From: an uncultured Candidatus Saccharibacteria bacterium
GTDB lineage: Bacteria; Patescibacteriota; Minisyncoccia; Phycocordibacterales; UBA5272
Assembly: GCA_964457775.1 (NCBI GenBank)
Contig: CAYWEW010000003.1
Location: forward strand, 30,776-94,775
Direction: 5' to 3'
DNA length: 64,000 nt
Shown here in pieces: positions 28,963 to 39,101 of the stretch. The position numbers and the translations under genes were made by a program. Under the pieces are notes generated by a model that had not been told where the DNA came from, searched no databases, and saw only the letters and a list, made by a program, of their open reading frames with translations. Numbering within the stretch: the stretch's first letter is position 1; every line of letters starts with the position of its first letter.

Positions 28963-30060
28963 ATGAGTTTATCTATCGGAATTGTTGGACTTCCAAACGT
29001 CGGCAAGTCAACATTATTTAATGCAATAACAAATAAATCAGTTCCAGCTGATAATTATCCTTTTTGTACTATTGATCCATCAGTAGGAGTTGTTCCTGTG
29101 CCTGATGAGAGACTCGCAGTGTTATCAAAAATTTCTGGTTCTAGAAAATTAATTCCTGCCATTGTAGAATTCGTAGATATTGCAGGACTTGTAAAGGGGG
29201 CATCAGCTGGTGAAGGGCTTGGTAATGCATTTCTTTCACATATTCGGGAGACGGATGCAATTGCAGAAGTTGTGCGTATCTATGAGAATAGTGATTTGAT
29301 ACACGTAGAAGGAACTGTTGACCCACTTCGTGATATTGAGATTATCAATATGGAATTAATTCTTGCTGATATGCAAACAGTTGAGAAGCGTAGTCAAACC
29401 ATTGGGCGCGATGTGAAGCGTGGTGATAAAGATGCGATTAAGCTCGCTGGACTACTTGAAGTATTAAAGAAAAATTTGGAGGAAGAAAAACTAGCGAATA
29501 CTATTTCTTTTGATACTGAAGAGACCAAACTCGTACGTGACTTGCATCTGATTACTATGAAGCCATTTCTTTATGTTTTGAATAAGCAATCTGGTGGAAA
29601 AAATCTAGACGAAATGAACGATGAGAGGTTCACTAAGTTAATAAATTATTTCAAAGAAAATAATTTTAAATATGTAATAGTTGATGCCAAGATAGAAGAT
29701 GAACTCAAAGAATTCGAAGGTGAGGAAAAAGAAATGATGCGTAACGAAATGAATGCACATGACAGTGGTGTAGATGGCCTAATCAAAGCTGGATATGACT
29801 TGCTCGGACTCGAGACATATCTTACAACTGGTGAAATGGAAACACGCGCATGGACAATTAAGAAAGGAAGCACGGCACCACGTGCGGCAGCTGCGATACA
29901 CTCAGATTTTGAAACAAAGTTTATTCGTGCGGAAGTTGTTGCATATGATGACTTAGTCAAAGCCGGAAATTATGGAGATGCAAAGGCTCGGGGAGTATTA
30001 AGAACAGAAGGTAAGGAATATATAGTGAAAGATGGGGATGTCATTGAATTTAAGATTTAA
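28963..30060 (+). CDS. ychF: Ribosome-binding ATPase YchF
   Basis: GIVGLPNVGKSTLFNA, NYPFCTIDP, EGKEYIVKDGDV. Confidence 0.97.
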   Translation: MSLSIGIVGLPNVGKSTLFNAITNKSVPADNYPFCTIDPSVGVVPVPDERLAVLSKISGSRKLIPAIVEFVDIAGLVKGASAGEGLGNAFLSHIRETDAIAEVVRIYENSDLIHVEGTVDPLRDIEIINMELILADMQTVEKRSQTIGRDVKRGDKDAIKLAGLLEVLKKNLEEEKLANTISFDTEETKLVRDLHLITMKPFLYVLNKQSGGKNLDEMNDERFTKLINYFKENNFKYVIVDAKIEDELKEFEGEEKEMMRNEMNAHDSGVDGLIKAGYDLLGLETYLTTGEMETRAWTIKKGSTAPRAAAAIHSDFETKFIRAEVVAYDDLVKAGNYGDAKARGVLRTEGKEYIVKDGDVIEFKI

Positions 30061-30063
30061 ACT

Positions 30064-30091
30064 AAAAATCAGCACCGAGGTGCTGATTTTT
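30064..30091. terminator. Bidirectional terminator
   Basis: aaaaatcagcacc-ga-ggtgctgattttt. Confidence 0.75.
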
Positions 30092-30370
30092 TCACTGAAC
30101 TGGGACTGTTCCAAAATCTGAAAACTGTTTCCCGTATTTTTCCTTTAGCTCAGATCTTCCTACAAGTAACCTGTTATCGTTTCTAAGTATCGCTTCAACC
30201 AAAGGGTGGTTTTCTTCTAGAAGAAGGAAATACTTTGTCTCAATCCGGCTTTCTTCATTCTTATTATGAACTTCAAGAATGATTGAATCAGCAGATTCTT
30301 CGACAACAAGGACATGCGCAAATCCATTCGAACAACGTGGTAATCTTGCAAAGAGCGTTCTGCCATTCAT
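30092..30370 (-). CDS. Hypothetical protein
   Basis: 92 aa, GGAG SD. Confidence 0.55.
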   Translation of the reverse strand: MNGRTLFARLPRCSNGFAHVLVVEESADSIILEVHNKNEESRIETKYFLLLEENHPLVEAILRNDNRLLVGRSELKEKYGKQFSDFGTVPVQ

Positions 30371-30501
30371 GTCTCATCTCCAAAGTAAGAAGTAGATGGA
30401 ATAACTATATAAAAATACTATACTAAATTTTAAATAATTGCAAAAAAGAGATAATGTAAAAACTCTTTTTTCTTTTCAGTTTTTTAAGGTATAATCATAA
30501 A

Positions 30502-32391
30502 ATGTCTATAACAGTAAATGAAATCCGTTCAAAGTTTTTGAAATATATGGAAGAGAGAGGACATGTTGTTGTACCCTCATCTTCTCTTGTTCCAGAAAAT
30601 GACCCCACTACACTTTTCACTGGTAGTGGTATGCAACCAATGGTTCCTTATCTTTTAGGACAACCACATCCACTAGGAAAGAGAATTGCAGATAGTCAAA
30701 AATCTTTTCGTTCTCAAGACATAGACGAGGTAGGAGATAATCGTCACACTACATTTTTTGAAATGCTTGGTAATTGGTCTTTTGGTGATTATTTTAAAGA
30801 AGATGAAATTAAATGGATGTTTGATTTTTTGATAAATGAACTTAACCTTAATCCGAACAAACTGTATATAACTTGTTTTAAAGGAAATGATTCTTTGGGT
30901 ATTCCTCGCGATACATTTTCAGCAGAGCTTTGGCAAAAGCTTTTTGAGGAAAAAAATGTTGAGGCCAATATAAGCGATACACCAGAAGAAGGTATGAAGC
31001 AGAGTGAGAGAATATTTTATTACACAGAGAAAAAGAATTGGTGGTCAAGAATGGGAGTACCTGCGAATATGGGAGAAGGTGAACCAGGTGGACCAGACTC
31101 AGAAATGTTTTATGATTTTGATATAAGAGAAGAAAAGGGAATTCATGCTAATTCTAAGTTCGCTAATGAACCATGTCATCCGAATTGTGATTGTGGTAGA
31201 TTTTTGGAAATTGGAAACAATGTGTTCATGCAGTACAAGAAGGCTGCGGGTGGATTCGAAGAATTACCACAAATGAATGTTGATCATGGTTCTGGTCTTG
31301 AGAGATATGCTTGTGCGCTTCGTGATGATTCGGATATTTTTAATATAGATGTATTCAATAATCCAAAGGATTATATTCAATTATTATCTGGCAAAAAATA
31401 TGGTGAGAGTGATGAAATAACGTATGCGTATCGAGTTATACTCGATCATCTTCGTGCCGCAACATTTTTGATCGGGGATGATATATTACCTGGGAATAAA
31501 GACCAAATGTACTTCGTACGCAGACTTATTCGTCGCTCAGTAAGATTCGCTCGTAACTTAGGAATCAATAATAATTTTACAAAAGAAGTAGCTCTTTCAT
31601 TTATTGAAGTTTATAGAGATGAGTATAAAAATCTTGATGAAAAGAAAGAAATAATTTTGAATGAATTGGAGAAGGAGGAAGTTAAGTTTAGAAAAACTCT
31701 TGAACACGGAATTAAACAATTTGAAAAAATCGCAAAAGGAGATATAAGTGGAGTAGATGCCTTTGACCTACTTCAAACATACGGTTTCCCAATTGAATTA
31801 ACAGAAGAATTAGCAAAAGAAAAAGGAATTAATATTGATATTAATGAATTTGAAAAGTTGAAAGCAGAGCATTCAGAATCGTCTCGTACAGCAAGTGCAG
31901 GAAAGTTCAAGGGCGGTCTTGGGGGTGATGGAGAAATGGAAATAAAGTATCACACTGCAACCCACATGCTTCATCAGGCACTTCGTACTGTACTTGGTGA
32001 TACGGTAGTACAAAAGGGTTCTAATATAACACCTGAGCGTTTACGTTTCGATTTTGCTTATGGAGAAAAGATGACCGATGAACAAAAGAAACAAGTTGAA
32101 GATTTGATTAATTCAAAAACAAAAGAAAATCTTCCTGTTATTCGTGAAGATATTTCAATAGATGAAGCAAAGTCTCGTGGAGCAATGGGATTGTTCACTG
32201 ATAAATATGGTGACAAAGTAAGTATTTATAGAATAGGTGAAGGAAAGAATAAAGGAGATGATAATTTATTTTCAATTGAAATGTGTGGTGGTCCACATAT
32301 ATCAAACACAAGTGAGTTAGGTGTATTCAAAATAACAAAAGAGGAAGCAGTGTCTGCAGGTGTTCGTCGTATTAAGGCTACCTTATCATAA
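30502..32391 (+). CDS. alaS: Alanyl-tRNA synthetase lacking the C-Ala domain
   Basis: DPTTLFTxSGMQ, HTTFFEMLGNWSFGDYFK, HTATH, CGGPH; ends at GVRRIKA. Confidence 0.97.
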   Translation: MSITVNEIRSKFLKYMEERGHVVVPSSSLVPENDPTTLFTGSGMQPMVPYLLGQPHPLGKRIADSQKSFRSQDIDEVGDNRHTTFFEMLGNWSFGDYFKEDEIKWMFDFLINELNLNPNKLYITCFKGNDSLGIPRDTFSAELWQKLFEEKNVEANISDTPEEGMKQSERIFYYTEKKNWWSRMGVPANMGEGEPGGPDSEMFYDFDIREEKGIHANSKFANEPCHPNCDCGRFLEIGNNVFMQYKKAAGGFEELPQMNVDHGSGLERYACALRDDSDIFNIDVFNNPKDYIQLLSGKKYGESDEITYAYRVILDHLRAATFLIGDDILPGNKDQMYFVRRLIRRSVRFARNLGINNNFTKEVALSFIEVYRDEYKNLDEKKEIILNELEKEEVKFRKTLEHGIKQFEKIAKGDISGVDAFDLLQTYGFPIELTEELAKEKGINIDINEFEKLKAEHSESSRTASAGKFKGGLGGDGEMEIKYHTATHMLHQALRTVLGDTVVQKGSNITPERLRFDFAYGEKMTDEQKKQVEDLINSKTKENLPVIREDISIDEAKSRGAMGLFTDKYGDKVSIYRIGEGKNKGDDNLFSIEMCGGPHISNTSELGVFKITKEEAVSAGVRRIKATLS

Positions 32392-32517
32392 AATTATTTA
32401 TAATGTGTATAACTAATTAGACAATAGTGAAGCTCGGGTGTAAAATTAATTTATGGAGAATATTAACTCAGTTTTTTTGACGAAAATAAAAAATCATAAT
32501 AGTAATTAAAAAAAGTT

Positions 32518-33804
32518 ATGAAGAACCTACCTCAACAACTAAAGGGCATAGCAATAGGAACCATTTTCTTTATTGGTCTATTATATGTAAGTGCATGGAC
32601 TGGAGCTCCAACAGGAACACCACCAGCAAACAACGTAGATGCCCCTGTAAATGTTAGTATTAACTCGCAATATAAAGATGGAGCATTAGGTGTTGGAGGT
32701 TTGATTCGTGGTTATGCAGACGCAATATTTGATGGAGGTGTAAAAATAGGAACAACAACAGACGTTTGTAGTTCAGCATTAGGTGGAACATTGCGCTATA
32801 ACAGCAGTGCTAGATGTGTAGAATTTTGTGATGAGTCATCATGGAAATGTACAAATCAGACAGCTACACCACCAACATGTACTTCGTTTACTTATTCCAG
32901 CTGGTCCCCGTCAGTTTGTGTTAATGGTACACAAACAAGAACTGTAACAACTTCATTACCATCTGGCTGTGTTGGAGGAACGTCATCAACAAGTCAAAGC
33001 TGTACCGTCCCAGATTTTTCTTATACTGCAACTATTTCTGACACACCAAATTATAATTTAAGAGATGTTGTTTTGGCTGCTGGATGGGATGGATCTAAAA
33101 AAGTGGTTGCAACTATTACTATAAACGGTGACGTATATTCAACTTCAAATGCTATTCCTGCCTTCGATACTGGAGATCTACCTGCAGGTTCAAGTGTTAC
33201 AATTATAAATAATGGTAATATTATCGGTAAGGGTGGTAATGGTGGAGTAGGGTATGGATCAAGTTTATGGGCAGGCTTTGGATACGCCTATACAGTTGGT
33301 ACCCCAGGTGAAGATGGTGGTCCAGCACTAAAAGTAAGAGCTATTACAGTTATTAGGAATTATGGTGTTATAGCAGGAGGAGGAGGAGGTGGTGGTGGTG
33401 GTGGATACGCATATAATAATTATTATTATCAGAACTATGGTAGTGCTGGTGGCGGTGGAGGTGGTGGTGGACAGGGATACAACGCAGGTAGTGCTGGTGG
33501 TGGTGGTATTTTAAGTGGATACAGTTCAGCGAGTGGTAATTCTGGTAGCTCTGGAACATTTAGTTCTGCTGGATTGGGTGCTACAGCTGTAAATTCTTCT
33601 AATTCACAAGGAGACGGTGCAGCTGTATATGGAAGTGCTGGAGGAAATGGTGGAACACTTGGCAATCCAGGACAAGTAGGAGGTAGTGGATCTGCTCAGT
33701 ATGCTAGTGGTGGATATCCTGGAGGACTGGCAGGGAATTCAGTTATAGGTAATTCATATGTATCTTGGGAAGTTGTTGGAACTAGATTGGGTCCTGTTAA
33801 TTAA
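32518..33804 (+). CDS. Secreted/surface Gly-rich protein with a gp38-adhesin-like C-terminus
   Basis: Signal/TM, AWTGxPTxxPPxNNVxAPVNV motif, Cys-rich TSP1-like segment, polyglycine domain ending GNSVIGNSYVSWEVVGTRLGPVN. Confidence 0.75.
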   Translation: MKNLPQQLKGIAIGTIFFIGLLYVSAWTGAPTGTPPANNVDAPVNVSINSQYKDGALGVGGLIRGYADAIFDGGVKIGTTTDVCSSALGGTLRYNSSARCVEFCDESSWKCTNQTATPPTCTSFTYSSWSPSVCVNGTQTRTVTTSLPSGCVGGTSSTSQSCTVPDFSYTATISDTPNYNLRDVVLAAGWDGSKKVVATITINGDVYSTSNAIPAFDTGDLPAGSSVTIINNGNIIGKGGNGGVGYGSSLWAGFGYAYTVGTPGEDGGPALKVRAITVIRNYGVIAGGGGGGGGGGYAYNNYYYQNYGSAGGGGGGGGQGYNAGSAGGGGILSGYSSASGNSGSSGTFSSAGLGATAVNSSNSQGDGAAVYGSAGGNGGTLGNPGQVGGSGSAQYASGGYPGGLAGNSVIGNSYVSWEVVGTRLGPVN

Positions 33805-33840
33805 ATTTATGAATTTTTTTTACTTTAAACTATATATTAT

Positions 33841-34437
33841 ATGTTAGGTTATCCAATAAAAACAATCCTCGTATCTATTCTTATTTTTATGTTAGGAGTT
33901 GTTTCTAGTGTTTTTTTAACTATTTTATATTTCAAGATTAGTGGAAAAAATCCGGAAATGAATTATGCAAATACTAATACAAATAGTGTAAATGTAGACA
34001 CAAATAAACCTATTGTTAAAAATGAAGAAACAAAGCAGAATTTTGAGATGAATTATATAGTTGGAGAAATAATTTCTTTAAGTGGAAATAAATTAAACAT
34101 TAAAATTAATCCAGTATTAAATCCTATTTTTAAAGATAAAGGGGAAAGTGTTGTGGAGGTAACAGTAACAGATATGACCAAATTTGTGTCTATGGTACAA
34201 AAAGACGCGACAATTTTTAAAAAGGAGTTACTAGATTTTCAAAAAATACCCATTGCAAATAGAGATTTTTCTATGTCACCTCAACCCTTCTTAGAAAAGG
34301 AAACATCTCGCGACTTGTTTACTATAGGTAAAATGGTTGTAGTAAAATCAAAGGAAAAAATATCTAGTTCTACCACATCAATAAAAGCAGAATCAGTTGG
34401 TATAGCACCAGAGATACCTAAAGCTACATCACGATAA
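33841..34437 (+). CDS. Membrane-anchored hypothetical protein, paralog of 42350-42934
   Basis: Shared YxVGxxxSxSG, TKFxS…KDxxIFxKE, GKxxVxKSKE, AES motifs. Confidence 0.75.
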   Translation: MLGYPIKTILVSILIFMLGVVSSVFLTILYFKISGKNPEMNYANTNTNSVNVDTNKPIVKNEETKQNFEMNYIVGEIISLSGNKLNIKINPVLNPIFKDKGESVVEVTVTDMTKFVSMVQKDATIFKKELLDFQKIPIANRDFSMSPQPFLEKETSRDLFTIGKMVVVKSKEKISSSTTSIKAESVGIAPEIPKATSR

Positions 34438-34536
34438 AAATATTTATTAGTAGGAGTTTTATATTCATAAAACGAGGCATATTTTAATCTTAATTAGTTT
34501 GTTGAATAGTAGTGATGTTGGTATTTCAAGTAATTA

Positions 34537-34563
34537 AGAAGAATAAAGGAAACTTTAAACTAA
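34537..34563 (+). repeat. Diverged remnant of the alaS 3' end (RRIKETLN*)
   Basis: AGA AGA ATA AAG GAA ACT TTA AAC TAA vs alaS CGT CGT ATT AAG GCT ACC TTA TCA TAA (RRIKATLS*). Confidence 0.55.
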
Positions 34564-34646
34564 GTATTTTAATGATATAATGAAGGCGGTGCAGTAGTTG
34601 TGCGCCAAGTGTTCTTTTTAATGCAATTCAAGATAAGGATCCAATC

Positions 34647-34907
34647 ATGAAAAATTGTGATAAGTGTCTCAAGTCACCCATTGTAACCGGAGCTGATATC
34701 AAGAGTTACAGACACGGTCTCCACATGAATGTGAATACTTTTGCTGGAGTTTTTTAAACCAGTCGGCAGAATGTCTCACGGCTTGAGCGATTGAATCGCC
34801 CACTTACAGAGGAGGAAAAAAGAAGTTTGCGCTTCGTTAGAAAAGACTGGAAATTTGATCCAAAGAAGTGTCGCGAGACTTTGATGGTTGATTCCAGAAA
34901 CCAATAA
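34647..34907 (+). pseudogene. CxxC + XRE-type HTH protein interrupted by an in-frame TAA at 34755-34757
   Basis: MKNCDKC…TGADIKSYRHGLHMNVNTFAGVF*TSRQNVSRLER…; frame continues to 34907; AAGGA SD. Confidence 0.65.
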
Positions 34908-35020
34908 GCCCATTGATGTACCAAACAGTAACAACAACACTGGAAGTATGTCAGTGGGTTGTTTTTTGTGTATTAGTAACTACCAACTATTTACTATTAG
35001 ATATATACTGAATTAATAAT

Positions 35021-35413
35021 ATGAATGATTCAAAACCACACCTCGCTATTTCTGTTGGAGATACAGCCACACTAATTAACTATATGGTGGATGGTGAAGT
35101 AGTCGTGTCACACACGCATCCAATCGGTTACAAACATATTGAGGCTGATGGTATGAGTATTATTGCCGGATCAAAATTTATAGATGGAATTTTATATGCG
35201 CTAGAATTTATTTCACTACACGATAGAATTCCTACCGAATTTAAATTAGTTTCACCTAGATATTCAAGATGGATAGGCGAAGTAATAGAAAATAATTCTT
35301 ATACACAGTTTTATACTGACGGAGCACCAATAAGTGTTACACTAGAAGGTATAACAGACGCTCCTCTTTCATATGCACGACATTCGCAAACCATACATTC
35401 GTTCAAGCTCTAA
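35021..35413 (+). CDS. Hypothetical protein
   Basis: 130-aa ORF overlapping the next gene start. Confidence 0.6.
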   Translation: MNDSKPHLAISVGDTATLINYMVDGEVVVSHTHPIGYKHIEADGMSIIAGSKFIDGILYALEFISLHDRIPTEFKLVSPRYSRWIGEVIENNSYTQFYTDGAPISVTLEGITDAPLSYARHSQTIHSFKL

Positions 35414-36785
35414 TCGTGACCTCAATTCCCGTGTTGAGCAATTTGAAAGACACTCGTATGAAAGTGAAGATTATGATGAACGTGAAAATGGTCCAGTACA
35501 AATTCCAGTTAGACGTGTTAGAAGAAATGTAAATGATATGGATATGTATCCACGTAGAAGGATGGGTGATGTAAGGTATGAGGACGATGAGCCGTATGAA
35601 GAAGAAAGACACAATCGAAGAGCTAGTGATAATCAAACAAGGAGAATACATCGTGATGGCACTTTAGGTACTTGGATTTTTATAGCGGTAGTTGTTGTTT
35701 TTGCAGTTGTTGCAGGATTATTTACATATATATTCGATAGTGCCACTGTAACAATTGTCCCAAAGTACAAAGATGTTAACGATTACAATAAAACAATTTT
35801 ATTTTCACAAAAGGAGACAGATTCTAGTAGTGTACCTTTCGTTGTAATTACCGCATCATCTACAAAAAGTAAAATATTGGCACTTTCTGAATCAAAAAAA
35901 GTAGAATCAAAAGCCTCAGGTAAAGTCATTATTTATAATAATTATGACTCTACTCCACAGAAACTTATTAAGAATACTAGATTAGAATCTGCGGCTGGTA
36001 AAATTTATCGCATTAATCAATCAGTTACTGTTCCAGGTAAAAAGGGAGATATCCCAGGTAGTGTAGAAGCAACTGTATATGCTGATAGTAATGGAACATC
36101 ATATAACACCCAAGCAACTGATTTTAGTATTCCTGGATTCAAGGGGACACCTCAAGATAAAGCCTTTTATGCAAAAGGCAAGGGTGCAATCTCTGGTGGC
36201 TCGTCAGGTAATGTCTCCTCAGCTTCACTTTCTGATATTAATGCTGCAAAAGATGAACTGGCGTTGGAACTTGCTCAAGAAGTAAAGGCTGCATTAATGA
36301 AAATAAACAAAGAAGGATATATTGGTCTTTATGGAGCCTCAGAAATTACTTATATTGATAATGAGATTGAAGTATTGAATGGAACAACAGGTACATATGA
36401 AGTAACTGCTACAGGACATCTTATACTTGCTGATGCTTCTAAGTTAGCTCAGATTATCGGAAAAGAAGTTAGGGGTTACGCTAATGAACCAGTAAGACTA
36501 GGTTATACAGAAACACTTACATATACAAGAAAAGACACGGACCGTATTTCTACCAGTACAGCACTGTCAATTTTAGTAGAAGGTAAACCTCGCATTATTT
36601 GGGTTAGTGATACAGATAGTATTAAGGAAATGGTTCGCAGTAAGAAGCGAGATGAATTCAAATCTTTAATGAAAAATATAAGTACTATACAAACTGCTGC
36701 AATTAGTTTTTCACCATTATGGCTTTCTACTTTTCCATCTGATGTAGGAAAAATTGCTATTGTTGAGTCGTTACCAAAAAGATAA
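35373..36785 (+). CDS. CPR-type bitopic protein with a baseplate-J-like beta domain
   Basis: Disordered N-terminus, TM, ASGKVIIYN…TRL…VTVPG…VYAD…YN…IPGF. Confidence 0.65.
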   Translation: MHDIRKPYIRSSSNRDLNSRVEQFERHSYESEDYDERENGPVQIPVRRVRRNVNDMDMYPRRRMGDVRYEDDEPYEEERHNRRASDNQTRRIHRDGTLGTWIFIAVVVVFAVVAGLFTYIFDSATVTIVPKYKDVNDYNKTILFSQKETDSSSVPFVVITASSTKSKILALSESKKVESKASGKVIIYNNYDSTPQKLIKNTRLESAAGKIYRINQSVTVPGKKGDIPGSVEATVYADSNGTSYNTQATDFSIPGFKGTPQDKAFYAKGKGAISGGSSGNVSSASLSDINAAKDELALELAQEVKAALMKINKEGYIGLYGASEITYIDNEIEVLNGTTGTYEVTATGHLILADASKLAQIIGKEVRGYANEPVRLGYTETLTYTRKDTDRISTSTALSILVEGKPRIIWVSDTDSIKEMVRSKKRDEFKSLMKNISTIQTAAISFSPLWLSTFPSDVGKIAIVESLPKR

Positions 36786-36840
36786 CTAGATAAATAGCTT
36801 GGAATTTTAAGTTATTTTTGATACACTGAGTTACTAATAT

Positions 36841-37053
36841 ATGGATGAAACTGATATCGAAACTATTGAAGGACGTGTAATAGAAGCTCTTCCGAGCACT
36901 TTATTTCGTGTAGAAACAACAGATGGTAAAGTCTTAATCTCATATCTTGGTGGTAGAATGCGTGTTCATAAAATTAAAGTGCTTGTAGGCGACAAGGTGA
37001 CTGTACAGGTAGATCCTTATGGAGGGAAAGGACGCATCATAAAACGAATGTAA
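36841..37053 (+). CDS. infA: Translation initiation factor IF-1
   Basis: IEGRVIEALP…GRMRVHKIKVLVGDKV. Confidence 0.93.
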   Translation: MDETDIETIEGRVIEALPSTLFRVETTDGKVLISYLGGRMRVHKIKVLVGDKVTVQVDPYGGKGRIIKRM

Positions 37054-37209
37054 TCCTCCGTTAGTTGTAGTTATGTTATTCGTTAGGAAACAAGAATATT
37101 TTTGTATGTATTAAACGAAAAACTAATAACGTCCTAACGAAGAACTGTTAAAGTGCCATCACGTTTGCATTATTTATTAAATTATAGTATAATAACCCGC
37201 ATATTTCTC

Positions 37210-37323
37210 ATGAAAGTACGATCATCAGTAAAAACAATTTGTTCAAAATGTCAAATGCTAAAACGTGGTGGCGTACTTCGTGTTATTTGTGTTAATCCTA
37301 AGCACAAACAAGCACAAGGATAA
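37210..37323 (+). CDS. rpmJ: 50S ribosomal protein L36
   Basis: Not in ORF track: [37 protein letters not shown]. Confidence 0.95.
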   Translation: MKVRSSVKTICSKCQMLKRGGVLRVICVNPKHKQAQG

Positions 37324-37374
37324 TACCGTATTTGATTAAACAGTAACTAGTAAAAACAACTAACAACCACCATT

Positions 37375-37755
37375 ATGCGTATCTCAGGTATCACCCTCCC
37401 AGAAAATAAGCGTCTCGAAATTGCTCTAACAGCAGTTTATGGTGTTGGACGTCCACGTGCCAAGATGATTATCGAAAAATGTGGTCTAGATTTAGGAATG
37501 AGAACAACTGCTTTGACTACAGAGCAAGAAAATCTTATCCGTCGTGAAATTGAACTTTTTAAAACAGAAGGAGACCTAAAGCGTGAGACTCAACAAAATA
37601 TTAAGCGTCTAAAGGATATTAAGGCTTACCGAGGTATTCGTCACATAAAGCACTTACCTGCTCGTGGACAGCGTACAAAGACAAATAGTAGAACAGTTCG
37701 TGGAAACGTTCGTCGTACTATGGGAAGTGGACGCCGTAAGACTGAGAAGACCTAA
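37375..37755 (+). CDS. rpsM: 30S ribosomal protein S13
   Basis: IALTAVYGVG, YRGIRH, RGQRTKTNSRT. Confidence 0.97.
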   Translation: MRISGITLPENKRLEIALTAVYGVGRPRAKMIIEKCGLDLGMRTTALTTEQENLIRREIELFKTEGDLKRETQQNIKRLKDIKAYRGIRHIKHLPARGQRTKTNSRTVRGNVRRTMGSGRRKTEKT

Positions 37756-37773
37756 AAATTAATTTATAAATAT

Positions 37774-38208
37774 ATGGGAAAGAAAAGAATAGTAAAAAAG
37801 AATAGTTCTGGAGTTGATAGTGCTCTTAAGGCACGATCACTTGCAAAGGTAATCAAGAAGAAGATTGTTGAAGGAACACTCTTTGTTGAGTCTACCTATA
37901 ACAACACTAGACTCTCACTTGCTGATCGTTCTGGTAATGTGTTGGCTTGGTCTTCATCAGGGTCTCTTGGATTTAAGGGTGCTAAAAAAGGAACTCCTTT
38001 CGCAGCTTCAAAAATTGGAGAACTTATCGGTGAAAAGGCACAGCAAATTGGTCTTAAAGAAGTTGCTGTTATTGTAAAAGGTGTTGGGTCTGGTCGCGAG
38101 TCGGCAATTCGTGGGTTTTCAACCTTCGGTGTAGAAATCATTTCTATTATTGATAAAACTCCAGTTCCACATAATGGACCAAAGCCACGTAAGCCTCGTC
38201 ACGTTTAA
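37774..38208 (+). CDS. rpsK: 30S ribosomal protein S11
   Basis: STYNNT, GFKGAKKGTPFAA, TPVPHNG. Confidence 0.97.
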   Translation: MGKKRIVKKNSSGVDSALKARSLAKVIKKKIVEGTLFVESTYNNTRLSLADRSGNVLAWSSSGSLGFKGAKKGTPFAASKIGELIGEKAQQIGLKEVAVIVKGVGSGRESAIRGFSTFGVEIISIIDKTPVPHNGPKPRKPRHV

Positions 38209-38226
38209 TAATAATTATAAAAATAT

Positions 38227-38847
38227 ATGAGTAGAATTACATGTAAAAGTTGTCGTCGTCTCGGAGAGTCACTATGTGGCCGTGAGAAGTGTGCTTACAA
38301 AAAGCGCCCATATGCTCCAGGAAAACTAGATAGTGAACGTAAGCATCGTTCAAACGTATCTGAATACGGAGAACAGCTTCGTGCAAAGCAAAAAATGAGA
38401 GTAACTTACGGACTCATGGAAAAGCAATTTTCTATGTATGTAAAACGTGCTACTGCAACTCATGAATCTGGAGATGGCTCAGTTACACCAGCACTTAAGC
38501 TTGCTCGTGAACTAGAATCAAGACTTGATAATATTGTATTTAGAATTGGTTTTGCTAATACAAGAGCTCTAGCTCGTCAACTTGTATCACATGGTCATAT
38601 TCTAGTTAATGGACGTCGTGTAAACATTGCTTCTCACCAAATAAAAATTGGAGATGTTGTATCTATCCGTGAGGGTAGTAAGACAGCGAAGGTTTTTGAA
38701 GGGTTAGGAGAGAGATTGACAGCATCTGCACCGAATCATGTTTTCGTAGTTAATCCTACAACTTTTTCAGCAGAAATTAAAAGTGTTGTTCGTGAGGTTG
38801 GTCCAATGTTCGATACACAAAAGGTGCTTGAGTATTACTCTAGATAG
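38227..38847 (+). CDS. rpsD: 30S ribosomal protein S4
   Basis: CKSCRRLG, SEYGEQL, LESRLDNIVFR, ARQLVSHGH. Confidence 0.97.
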   Translation: MSRITCKSCRRLGESLCGREKCAYKKRPYAPGKLDSERKHRSNVSEYGEQLRAKQKMRVTYGLMEKQFSMYVKRATATHESGDGSVTPALKLARELESRLDNIVFRIGFANTRALARQLVSHGHILVNGRRVNIASHQIKIGDVVSIREGSKTAKVFEGLGERLTASAPNHVFVVNPTTFSAEIKSVVREVGPMFDTQKVLEYYSR

Positions 38848-39101
38848 TAAATTACTAGTTTACGGCCAAGCCGCGAACTTGCTAGTTCGAAAGTTGAAAG
38901 TATGTAAAGTGGTCACTAATTTGGATTTAATTTTTACTTTACAGACTTAAAACTTTTGACTTAAGTTTATCCACTACCACATACTTGCATATTTTGCAAT
39001 TTCGGGTTAGAATAGGATAACTTTACTTAATAAGAGGGTCTTGTTCGTGTTTCTGTTTCTTGTAGGAGTATAAACTAATAATTAAGAACACAATTTTGCA
39101 T

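Noticed and set aside
33370-33500. GGA/GGT trinucleotide runs as microsatellites or DGR variable regions
   Set aside because: They simply encode polyglycine; I saw no template/variable repeat pair differing at adenines and no reverse transcriptase.
32518-36785. Prophage (tail-adhesin-like and baseplate-J-like domains)
   Set aside because: Both proteins have TM/signal anchors and sit among housekeeping genes; no terminase, capsid, portal or integrase.
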